IMG/VR virus record: IMGVR_UViG_3300020151_001109
Location: 1 to 64,000 of that record
Strand: one strand, 5' to 3'
DNA: 64,000 nucleotides
Source of the DNA: a virus
Lineage: Duplodnaviria > Caudoviricetes
The notes under the pieces were generated by a model. The model did no database searches. It was not told the DNA's origin and was given only the letters and a program-made list of their open reading frames with translations. The position numbers and the translations under genes were made by a program. Positions 49,064-57,461 of the stretch are shown here, one piece after another. Position 1 is the stretch's first letter; the number at the start of each line of letters is the position of its first letter.

Positions 49064-50679
49064 CCTTTACAGGAACTCTTCTACCGTATCAAGTAGATGC
49101 CGTAGACGCGATGATTGCTCGTAAAAAGATGCTCGTCGCATATGATTTAGGGCTAGGAAAGACAGTGTTAACTATCTCTGCTATAGAATCGCTTAAGGAT
49201 AGCGGTTCAATCCGGGAGCCGGGAGTTATAATCTGTCTTTCCAGCCTTAAGTATCAGTGGGCTGATCAAATCAGGAAGTTTACAGATGGATCTGCAACAC
49301 CTTTGGTTATTGACGGAACGCCGAAACAGCGAGCTGAACAATATCAGCAAGCCCTCGACTGGGGGCATACACTCGTTGATTACGTCATTATTAACTACGA
49401 GCAAGTTGTTAACGACTGGGAGTATGTACGACAGCTCGCTACGGGATTCATTGTCTGTGACGAAGCAACCGCAATCAAAAGCTTTAGATCCAAACGTTCC
49501 AAGTACGTAAAAAAACTTGAAAGCCCCGTTAAGTTTGCTCTTACTGGTACACCGGTTGAAAACGGAAAACCAGAAGAGCTTTACTCTATTATGCAGTTCG
49601 TTGACGCAAAGGTCCTAGGTAGATTTGATCTTTTTGACTCCACGTTTATTATTAGAAATAAATTTGGCGGGGTAGAACGCTACCGGAATCTACCGCTACT
49701 AAACAAAACCCTATTAAATGCCTGCGTAAGAAAGAAACAGTCTGACCCTGATGTGTCCCCTTTCTTGCCGGAGACTATTCACTCTGAGCCCATATATGTT
49801 CAATTTGATCGGGCTGGAAGAAAACTTTATACCCACATAGTTAGAGACCTTCTGCTTAATCTAGAAGAGGCCCTAGATACTTTTGGAACCTCGTTTAACA
49901 TATTTTCTCATTACGGTCAGCAAAGCGATCAAGGTGGGCATATGGATGAGCTTAGGGGTTTAATAATGTCAAAGATGACGTGTCTACGGCTTCTTTGCGA
50001 TGACCCACAGCTACTAGCACTCAGCGCAAACAAGTTTGAAGACGGCGCAGTCGTGGTTGACGGTAACACTATAAACATACCGGGATTCCACGGAGGATCA
50101 GGATACGCAGCAGAGTTAAAAACTCTGGGGCTTTTAGACGGGTTAAAATCAAGTCCTAAATTGACAGTATTAAAGCAGTACGTTGAGGACTTCTTGTCTC
50201 AGTATGATGGAAACAAGATAGTGATCTTTTCAAGTTTTGTTGGTATGACTAAGCTTATACAAGAATGCTTACCTTATGAGTCAGTTACCTATACCGGTCA
50301 ACTTAATGCTAAACAAAAAGAAGAAGCAAAAGAGAAGTTTCAAACAGACCCTAATTGCCGTTTGTTTATATCCTCTGATGCGGGAGGCTACGGGGTAGAC
50401 TTGCCTCAAGCCAATCTACTTATTAACTATGATTTACCTTGGAATGCCGGGTTAGCCGTACAAAGAAATGGTAGAATTAAGCGAGCATCCAGCACTTGGA
50501 AAAAGATTGTAATTCAGGATATCCTTATGGAGAATTCTCTAGAACAACGCCAAAGAGAGATGTTAATACAGAAAACTGCCATATCTGATGCGGTATTGGA
50601 TGGGCAGGGCATAAATGATCGGGGCGGAGTTACCCTCTCAGTAGGCACACTTCGAGCTTTTCTGCAAGTCAATAGCTAA
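49060..50679 (+). CDS. SNF2-family helicase
   Basis: DLGLGKT, DEAT, LTGTPVEN, GGYGVDL and QRNGRI.R motifs. Confidence 0.9.
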   Translation: MTFTGTLLPYQVDAVDAMIARKKMLVAYDLGLGKTVLTISAIESLKDSGSIREPGVIICLSSLKYQWADQIRKFTDGSATPLVIDGTPKQRAEQYQQALDWGHTLVDYVIINYEQVVNDWEYVRQLATGFIVCDEATAIKSFRSKRSKYVKKLESPVKFALTGTPVENGKPEELYSIMQFVDAKVLGRFDLFDSTFIIRNKFGGVERYRNLPLLNKTLLNACVRKKQSDPDVSPFLPETIHSEPIYVQFDRAGRKLYTHIVRDLLLNLEEALDTFGTSFNIFSHYGQQSDQGGHMDELRGLIMSKMTCLRLLCDDPQLLALSANKFEDGAVVVDGNTINIPGFHGGSGYAAELKTLGLLDGLKSSPKLTVLKQYVEDFLSQYDGNKIVIFSSFVGMTKLIQECLPYESVTYTGQLNAKQKEEAKEKFQTDPNCRLFISSDAGGYGVDLPQANLLINYDLPWNAGLAVQRNGRIKRASSTWKKIVIQDILMENSLEQRQREMLIQKTAISDAVLDGQGINDRGGVTLSVGTLRAFLQVNS

Positions 50680-50689
50680 GGAGTCACGC

Positions 50690-50833
50690 ATGCCTAATCT
50701 ACCTAAAACCCCTACCCGCACAATCCGGGTTGCCCCAGAACTTTGGTCTGCCGTAAAGGAAAAAGCCGCTATAGAGGGCCGAACCGTTACAGACGTAATT
50801 ATCACTGCCTTGAAGGATTATGTAGCTAAATAG
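50690..50833 (+). CDS. Ribbon-helix-helix (Arc-like) DNA-binding protein (not in ORF track)
   Basis: SD AAGGAG; TRTIRVAPELWSAVKEKAAIEGRTVTDVIITALKDYV. Confidence 0.8.
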   Translation: MPNLPKTPTRTIRVAPELWSAVKEKAAIEGRTVTDVIITALKDYVAK

Positions 50834-50854
50834 GTCTCATGCTACACTAACCCT

Positions 50855-50998
50855 ATGAAATTGCTGGGGTTAGAAATACGCAGGGTGCCGCCTCTCCGAG
50901 GAAGGCTTGAAACCGTGTCCTGCTATCGTTGCGCCCAAACCTTTCAAGTATCTAAATCTAATCTTAGGGTCTATAACTACTGCTCTTCCTGCAAGTAA
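50855..50998 (+). CDS. 47-aa zinc-ribbon microprotein, leaderless (not in ORF track)
   Basis: TGCTACACT 6 nt upstream; CYRC...CSSC. Confidence 0.6.
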   Translation: MKLLGLEIRRVPPLRGRLETVSCYRCAQTFQVSKSNLRVYNYCSSCK

Positions 50999-51016
50999 AC
51001 CCCCAATCTTCCAGTT

Positions 51017-51075
51017 TTGATTTGTCGTACCCGTGTGTTAGGGTGTACCTACACATACTCTAAAGGAGGGTACAC
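51017..51075 (+). promoter_or_regulatory. Promoter with GTACC inverted repeats
   Basis: TTGATT...TGTTAGGGT; GTGTACC (51043) / GGTACAC (51069) inverted pair. Confidence 0.45.
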
Positions 51076-51519
51076 ATGGCAACAATAGAGCCGCCATCAA
51101 GAGCAGTACGCATAGAAACTAATTCATTAATGGCCCAAGTACGTGAGTTTATTGGGTTTAAGAAACGCATTGATGATTTAACAAAGCAACAGTCCGTAAT
51201 TAAAGTTGAATTAATGGATCTTGTTGAGCAAGAAGGAATTGAAGATGACAAAGGCCATTTTTGGTTAGAACTTCCAGAAGAAGTTGAGGGTTATGTTTCT
51301 TTACAACGTCAGCGCCGAGCTTCTCAAAAAATTAATACAGAAGTAGCGCTTCACTTACTTAAAGCTAGAGGATTAGCAGATCGTTGCATCAAGACTATTG
51401 AAGTTGTAGATGAAGACGAAATTATGGCGTGTCTATATGAAGATTTGTTATCTGAAAAAGACATAGATGATATGCTTACCCGCACTGTTACCTGGGCATT
51501 CGTGCCAAGTAAGAAGTAG
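51076..51519 (+). CDS. Hypothetical coiled-coil protein (Gam/Gp157-like architecture)
   Basis: Strong SD AAAGGAGG; N-terminal coiled coil followed by a beta/alpha region. Confidence 0.65.
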   Translation: MATIEPPSRAVRIETNSLMAQVREFIGFKKRIDDLTKQQSVIKVELMDLVEQEGIEDDKGHFWLELPEEVEGYVSLQRQRRASQKINTEVALHLLKARGLADRCIKTIEVVDEDEIMACLYEDLLSEKDIDDMLTRTVTWAFVPSKK

Positions 51520-51521
51520 CC

Positions 51522-51710
51522 ATGAAAGAAATGCGAATTAAAAATGTCTGGGTTCAAACAGGCTTTTATAGAAAAAGCTTTGGGCTTGGAGTATTTATAT
51601 CTAGCATCCAGTGTTCATTAGATCTAGGAATATTTTTTATACAAATAGAATTGCCGGCACGTCCATCCCGTCGACTAAAGAAATATGAGAAGCAATCTAA
51701 AAATGGCTGA
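51522..51710 (+). CDS. Hypothetical protein
   Basis: Fills the operon gap. Confidence 0.5.
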   Translation: MKEMRIKNVWVQTGFYRKSFGLGVFISSIQCSLDLGIFFIQIELPARPSRRLKKYEKQSKNG

Positions 51711-52167
51711 TGATGTTATAGACTCTATGTTTAATGGCTTGGGGGATTATTACCCAGGATCAAAACGTAAACGTAAGTCGATTGACCCTGCTAAAAAGAA
51801 AGAATTACCAAAAGAAGGCTGGGACGCTAAACCCCAGGTAAAGACTCTTCCAAATGGTAAGACTATCGAGTTGTATAGTGCCGGATCTCTTTGCGAAGCA
51901 TTGAAGAGGCCCCTAGTTACTATACGTCTTTGGGAGCGCAAGGGGTATATTCCCCGAGCCCCATACAGGCTTAGATCTATCGTCGTAGACGGTAAGAAAA
52001 AACCTGGGTGGAGAATGTATAGTCGTGCTATTATTGAGTCCACAATACAAAGCTTTCAATCCCGGGGTCTTATAGACTCTAAGAGGATTGATTGGAATCG
52101 ACATCCAGATCTTTCAATTGAATTATTGGAAAACTGGACTAAGATTCATGAAAACGAAACCAACTAA
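51703..52167 (+). CDS. MerR-like HTH DNA-binding protein
   Basis: YSAGSL..AL.R...TIRLWERKGYIP....R........RMYS. Confidence 0.75.
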   Translation: MADDVIDSMFNGLGDYYPGSKRKRKSIDPAKKKELPKEGWDAKPQVKTLPNGKTIELYSAGSLCEALKRPLVTIRLWERKGYIPRAPYRLRSIVVDGKKKPGWRMYSRAIIESTIQSFQSRGLIDSKRIDWNRHPDLSIELLENWTKIHENETN

Positions 52168-52206
52168 CCTATGGCAAATGGCTATGGCAATATGAAAGGA
52201 AACACC

Positions 52207-52899
52207 GTGTCACAAGCACCTAATGTCTCTTCTTATCTAGGAGCAGACCCAGTATCACCAGTAATGACCGAAGTAGAAGAAGATCTGTTTATTGAGGACA
52301 GCGAATCTGATTTTCCAGATCGCTCCTCTGTTATTCAAACGGGATGGGCCGCAGCAAAGCGTGCAGTTTCCGAAGCAAGCAAATCATTCACAACTGATTT
52401 TCGGTTTGATGAAGATGTGCAGTTAGTAAAATTCCTTTCCGCAGAACCAATGAGCTTTTTGCAACACTGGGTAAATCGTCCAGGCAAGAAGTCTTTTGTT
52501 GGTTGGGATAACGATCCGCTATCTCGTGTTGGAAATAAGCCTGAGCGCAAGTTTGCATTCAGTGTTGTTAACCTCTCTGATGAAGTTCCTCAGATTCAAC
52601 TTATGACTGTTGGCGTACGTTTGTGCGGACAACTCGAGAAGTTAAATGCTGATAAGAAAATTGGACCTATTGATCGTGCCGATATTTATTGGGCGGTTAG
52701 CAAGTCCGGTATTGGAACAAAAACTTCATACTCAATCATGCCAGTCAAAGAACGCGACTTGGCAGAGGACTGGGATCTTGATCCCGTTACCCTCTCTAGT
52801 GTAATTTCTAAAATGAAGCCTCTAGGACCTGATGCACTCCGTGTATCGACTGGTGCTGAGCTTGAAGAAATTGCGAGAGAACTGCTGGCTGGCCAGTAA
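52207..52899 (+). CDS. Single-stranded DNA-binding protein (gp32-like, inferred)
   Basis: QHWV, SKSG.G.KTSY.I.PV; position before polA; GTG start after AAAGGA. Confidence 0.6.
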   Translation: MSQAPNVSSYLGADPVSPVMTEVEEDLFIEDSESDFPDRSSVIQTGWAAAKRAVSEASKSFTTDFRFDEDVQLVKFLSAEPMSFLQHWVNRPGKKSFVGWDNDPLSRVGNKPERKFAFSVVNLSDEVPQIQLMTVGVRLCGQLEKLNADKKIGPIDRADIYWAVSKSGIGTKTSYSIMPVKERDLAEDWDLDPVTLSSVISKMKPLGPDALRVSTGAELEEIARELLAGQ

Positions 52900-52912
52900 C
52901 TCTCGATTCCCC

Positions 52913-52963
52913 GGTTGGGGAGTTTTGCTGTTTTTGCCTCCTTCTTGGCAGAACTCCCCAACC
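52913..52963 (+). ncRNA. 17-bp hairpin with CCUCCUU loop upstream of polA
   Basis: Stem 52913-52929/52947-52963; loop GUUUUUGCCUCCUUCUU. Confidence 0.6.
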
Positions 52964-52983
52964 TCTACACTAAGGAGGTAGAT

Positions 52984-54963
52984 ATGAATATAATAACTAC
53001 GAAGGATAAGTTACAAGATCTTGTTGATCACTATAGTGACAAGCCTGCGTTTGCTTTTGACGTAGAAACTATGGGCGATCATCGAGGAGATCCACGACAG
53101 AATCGCGTTGTTTGGATAGCTTTAGCAACAGATGATCGTGTAGACGTTATACCTATGGGTCACCCAAATGGTAATTTTCTACGCACTGATTTTCCCCTAT
53201 TACCTTCTGCTATTGCTAGACAAGAGAGTGGGATGGAACTTCGTCCTCAGGATTATAGTAAAGACGAAAAGAAGGCTACTAAGGTCTTCACAGCACCTCC
53301 AGAGCAACTAACTCCGGCAGAGGTATTCTCAGCTCTTAAACCTTTACTTAACAGTTCTAAGGTAAAGGTTGGACACAACTTAAAATTTGATTTACAGAGC
53401 GTAACAAAGTATAATAAGTCCCTTCCCTTAGGGCCCTTCTTCTGCACCTTAAACGCCGCATTTATTCTAGATAATAGAAACCGAATATCCCTAGGACTTG
53501 ACGATTGCCTAAAGCGTGAGTTTGGGTACGAAATGGTCAAGGGTGTTGGAAAAGAAATTGAAGCTTATTCTTTTGGTGAGGTGGCTACCTATGCCGCATT
53601 AGATGCTGAGTGGACTTGGAAACTTTATAAGTCCTATGAAGAAAAGCTTAAGGTTGACGGCCTAACCCCAATATTTAATTTAGAGATGGATGTTTTAAAC
53701 GTCATTTGCCACATGGAATTACGTGGCGCAGACATAGATGTTGAGCAGTTAGCGGAATTAAAAGATGATCTAGAGGGTCAGATTGAAGACACCCGTGGAA
53801 AGATCTTTGCTTTAGCTAAGCGCCCCTTTAACTTAAACTCTGTTCCAGAAAAACAAGAGATTCTGTTTACTCCTAGAAAAGATGGGGGTAGGGGTCTTAA
53901 ACCAAAACTTATGACACCCGCAGGAGAGAAACGCTCTTCTGACCCTAATTACGTGTCAAACTTTAGGGACTATTCCGTATCGGAGCCCGCACTAGATGCT
54001 TTCCGAGGAAGAGACTCACTTGTAGATCAGTTACTTATTTACTCTGATTTAAATAAGCTTATGACTACTTATGTAATTCCTTACCTTGGTGGGGATATTA
54101 CTCGCACATTAGCCGGTAAATCAAAGACGGTTGTTAAAGAGAGCATTATGTATAGAGACAGAATCCATACAGACTTCGTCCAGTATGGCGCAGAGACTGG
54201 CCGTTTCTCTAGTAGAAATCCAAATTTGCAGAATGTTCCCGCACCCCACACTAAAAATGGTAAAGCTATTAGAAACTTATTTATTGCTCCTGAGGGACAT
54301 AAGCTTATAGTTGCAGACTACTCTCAAATTGAGCCTAGAGTAATTGCTAGTTTTAGTGGTGACCGGGTTATGGTAGAGGCGTATAAAAATGGAGAAGACA
54401 TATATACGACTATTGGAAATACTATGGGCGTAGATCGAAAAGCCGGAAAGGTTCTTGTTCTTTCTCTAGCCTATGGTGTTGGTCCAGATAAGATTGCTAA
54501 AGAGATAGGTTGTAGCTTAAATGAGGCAAAGAACTTATTAGATATGTTTATCAGGAAGTTTCCCGCTGTTGCTAGGTATAAGAGGCAAGTTGTCTCTGAG
54601 TGTCGCCGTCAAATACCTATTCCATACGTAAGCACCCTTTTAAAGCGTAGACGTTACTTGCCGGAGCTTAGAGCAAAAGATCAGTGGGCTAGGGCTAGAG
54701 CAGAGCGTCAAGCATTCAATACGATGATTCAAGGATCTGCTGCAGATTTAATTAAGGTTGCTATGGTTAGAGCACAAGCTTTGCTTCCTAAAGAGGCGAG
54801 CCTAATATTAACCGTACACGATGAGTTGGTTGTAGTAACCCCAGATCATCTGGCCGAAGTATCCACTGCCGCCGTAAGAGAGGCTATGGAGGGTATAAAT
54901 GTGCTGTCAGTACCTTTAATTGCAGATGTTACACTTGTCTCTCGTTGGGGAGAGGCAAAATAA
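52984..54963 (+). CDS. polA: Family A DNA polymerase with 3'-5' exonuclease
   Basis: FDVET, HNLKFD, YAALDA, TGRFSS.NPNLQN, ADYSQIE, K...L...YG, QGSAAD and VHDE motifs. Confidence 0.95.
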   Translation: MNIITTKDKLQDLVDHYSDKPAFAFDVETMGDHRGDPRQNRVVWIALATDDRVDVIPMGHPNGNFLRTDFPLLPSAIARQESGMELRPQDYSKDEKKATKVFTAPPEQLTPAEVFSALKPLLNSSKVKVGHNLKFDLQSVTKYNKSLPLGPFFCTLNAAFILDNRNRISLGLDDCLKREFGYEMVKGVGKEIEAYSFGEVATYAALDAEWTWKLYKSYEEKLKVDGLTPIFNLEMDVLNVICHMELRGADIDVEQLAELKDDLEGQIEDTRGKIFALAKRPFNLNSVPEKQEILFTPRKDGGRGLKPKLMTPAGEKRSSDPNYVSNFRDYSVSEPALDAFRGRDSLVDQLLIYSDLNKLMTTYVIPYLGGDITRTLAGKSKTVVKESIMYRDRIHTDFVQYGAETGRFSSRNPNLQNVPAPHTKNGKAIRNLFIAPEGHKLIVADYSQIEPRVIASFSGDRVMVEAYKNGEDIYTTIGNTMGVDRKAGKVLVLSLAYGVGPDKIAKEIGCSLNEAKNLLDMFIRKFPAVARYKRQVVSECRRQIPIPYVSTLLKRRRYLPELRAKDQWARARAERQAFNTMIQGSAADLIKVAMVRAQALLPKEASLILTVHDELVVVTPDHLAEVSTAAVREAMEGINVLSVPLIADVTLVSRWGEAK

Positions 54964-55388
54964 TGGGCTTGTTTAAGAAAAAGAAAAAGATAACTAAGAT
55001 ACTTAATATATCTATGCCTACCTTAATTCGTGAAGCAATATTTGATTCCATATTTGACGACGTTGCCGCACTAGGCGCTTCCATGGGCTTACCACCAATC
55101 TCAGATGAGGTGGCTGATATGGAAGAGCAAGCAAGTCAAAAGCGCCTTGAGCGTTTCTCAAACCTTTTGCCTTTAATCGAGGCACACGCAGATATTGCGG
55201 CAAGGATTGCTGCAGCTGCTTATGAACTTGAGATGTTAGGGGAGCACCCTGAAAGCAAGCCTTTGATTGAGGAAGACTTAATCCATATTATAGAGTTGTT
55301 TAAGATTGTCTCGCTATCATCCTCTATATCTGTAATATCAACCCTTATTAATTTAGATCTATTAGAAACAGGAGTAAAAGATGAGTAA
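54963..55388 (+). CDS. Hypothetical protein
   Basis: TAATG coupling to polA. Confidence 0.65.
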   Translation: MGLFKKKKKITKILNISMPTLIREAIFDSIFDDVAALGASMGLPPISDEVADMEEQASQKRLERFSNLLPLIEAHADIAARIAAAAYELEMLGEHPESKPLIEEDLIHIIELFKIVSLSSSISVISTLINLDLLETGVKDE

Positions 55389-55767
55389 TGCTGATTGGTA
55401 CGCAAGAAAGTTGGGTTCACAAAAACCAACTTCTCCTGCACCACAAACTTCCCCAAACCCTATGATGCCCTACCGACAGGTACAGCAGACTCCAAATGTT
55501 CCTGTAGCCTATGATCAAAAAACTGACCAAGTAGTTGTAAAAGCACAGAGTGCACAGAATCCTGAAAATTGCCCCGGCTGCTTTTCTGGTAACTACTTTG
55601 CCCCATTAGGTACTCAAAGAAAACGCTGCTATGATTGCGGCTATCCGATAGTTCAAGCAGGTAGTGGCGTAAGCGGCACCGGTAATGGTGGAGCACCTAT
55701 TGCAGCAAAACAAGTCGGACAATCTGGCGGATTTAATCCAACGACAATTGTAGGAAGGTTAGAGTAA
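55381..55767 (+). CDS. Hypothetical zinc-ribbon protein
   Basis: CPGC.SGNY...RCYDCGYP; SD AGGAG. Confidence 0.7.
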   Translation: MSNADWYARKLGSQKPTSPAPQTSPNPMMPYRQVQQTPNVPVAYDQKTDQVVVKAQSAQNPENCPGCFSGNYFAPLGTQRKRCYDCGYPIVQAGSGVSGTGNGGAPIAAKQVGQSGGFNPTTIVGRLE

Positions 55768-56834
55768 TGGTTTCAACAATAAACTCTGAAGCACTAAAAG
55801 TAATGGCTCAAATTAATAAGAAGAGCGGCGCAAATACTGTTGTATTCGCAAGCCAAATAAACATTGCTAAACGTATTACTACCGGCTCTTTAACCTTTGA
55901 TACTGTCCTAGGTGGCGGTTGGCCCATGAATCATTGGGTTGAAATTGTTGGGGAAGCATCCCACGGTAAGACCGCTATTGCCCTTAAAACAATTGGAGCA
56001 AATCAAAAGCTTAACCCAGACTTCACTGTTGTCTGGATTGCGGCTGAGCAGTTTGATCCAGAATACGCAAAGATGTGTGGCGTAGATGTTAATCGAGTAT
56101 TACTTGTTGAAACTAATAGTATGGAGGAAGCTTTTGAATCGGTTATTCAATTTATGGAAAGTAAGTCTGTGGACATGGTCGTTATCGATTCTCTTCCTGC
56201 CCTGGTCCCTAGCGCAGAAGATGAAAAGAATATGGACGAATTTACTGTGGGTCGTGGCGCACTTATTACCAATAAGTTCTTTAGAAAAGTGGCGTCAGCT
56301 ACCAAGCGAGACCTCGTCGAAGAAGAAAGACCAGTTCTAGGAATAATGATTAATCAGTACCGGATGAAGATCGGGGTAATGCACGGCGACCCTAGAACTA
56401 CTCCAGGTGGCTTAGGCAAGGACTATGCCTACAGCGTTCGGTGCGAGGTAAAGCGAGATGACTGGCTAGAGACTGGCACAGGAGAGAGCAAGCGCCGTGT
56501 AGGACAGACTATACGAGTCAGAACTATCAAAAATAAGACTTATCCCCCACAACAAACCGCTTATATGGACTTCTACTTTGCCGATGGCGGGGCTATTGAT
56601 GCCGGGGACTATGACTTTGGCAAGGAGATCGTGGCTATGTCTATCCTGAACGGGGTAGTTGAAAGGCGCGGCGGATGGTTGTATTATAAGGATCGTAAAT
56701 GGCAGGGTGCAGTGAACCTGATTAGCTCAATCCGTGAAGAGGTTGATCTAAAGGAAGAACTTTCCCACGCTGTAATGGATACCTTAAAACATGGAGCACC
56801 ACTTCAGGTAGAGATACTTGACGATGAAGAGTGA
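55767..56834 (+). CDS. recA: RecA-like recombinase
   Basis: TGSL.FD..LGGG.P, GEASHGKT, VIDS, INQYRMKIG, TTPGG and KNK motifs. Confidence 0.93.
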   Translation: MVSTINSEALKVMAQINKKSGANTVVFASQINIAKRITTGSLTFDTVLGGGWPMNHWVEIVGEASHGKTAIALKTIGANQKLNPDFTVVWIAAEQFDPEYAKMCGVDVNRVLLVETNSMEEAFESVIQFMESKSVDMVVIDSLPALVPSAEDEKNMDEFTVGRGALITNKFFRKVASATKRDLVEEERPVLGIMINQYRMKIGVMHGDPRTTPGGLGKDYAYSVRCEVKRDDWLETGTGESKRRVGQTIRVRTIKNKTYPPQQTAYMDFYFADGGAIDAGDYDFGKEIVAMSILNGVVERRGGWLYYKDRKWQGAVNLISSIREEVDLKEELSHAVMDTLKHGAPLQVEILDDEE

Positions 56835-57141
56835 AGGCCAGAAACAATCTCTTAAGCATGAAAAACGTTTAGAAAAAATCCTTGGCGGACAAAGAAGCGC
56901 CGGTTCCGGAGCTTTTTGGTCTCGCAAGGGAGATGTCAGAACTGATGATCTTTTAATAGAGCATAAGTGGACAGGTAAAAAAACAGTAACGATCAAGTCA
57001 GAAGTCTTGAAAAAGATAACAAAAGAAGCAATTTTAGACAGCCGTACTCCGGTACTAGGCATTCATCTCGACGGTGAAAATTACGTTCTTCTGGGAGAGG
57101 AGGATTTTTTTGAGTTACGTAATTATGTTAGAGGTGAATAG
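56824..57141 (+). CDS. PD-(D/E)XK Holliday-junction resolvase-like nuclease
   Basis: HEKR...GSGA....KGDV.....IEHK.T. Confidence 0.75.
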   Translation: MKSEGQKQSLKHEKRLEKILGGQRSAGSGAFWSRKGDVRTDDLLIEHKWTGKKTVTIKSEVLKKITKEAILDSRTPVLGIHLDGENYVLLGEEDFFELRNYVRGE

Positions 57142-57459
57142 TTGTCAGACGTTAACAACCCGTCTTGGGCTTGGAGATATGAAGCAAAGTGTCGAGGAGA
57201 AGACACTGAGATATTCTTCCCACCACGGGATAAAAAATTATACAAACCCATAGCTGACTCAGCTAAGGCAATTTGCTACGGTCGAGACGGCAGGCCCCCC
57301 TGCCCCGTAAGAAAGCAGTGCCTAAAAGAGTCTATTAAGAATGATGAGCTTCATGGTATCTTTGGTGGCATGAGCCATCGGGAACGAAACGCTCTTAAAC
57401 GAAAGTACACCAAACTGGGATATACCTTGGAAAAATGGCTAGAGGAGAAGGAAAAATAA
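57142..57459 (+). CDS. whiB: WhiB-family transcription factor
   Basis: W...AKCRGEDTEIFFP...AKAIC.......CPVRKQCL...GIFGGMS.RER; TTG start after GAGGTG. Confidence 0.9.
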   Translation: MSDVNNPSWAWRYEAKCRGEDTEIFFPPRDKKLYKPIADSAKAICYGRDGRPPCPVRKQCLKESIKNDELHGIFGGMSHRERNALKRKYTKLGYTLEKWLEEKEK

Positions 57460-57461
57460 CA

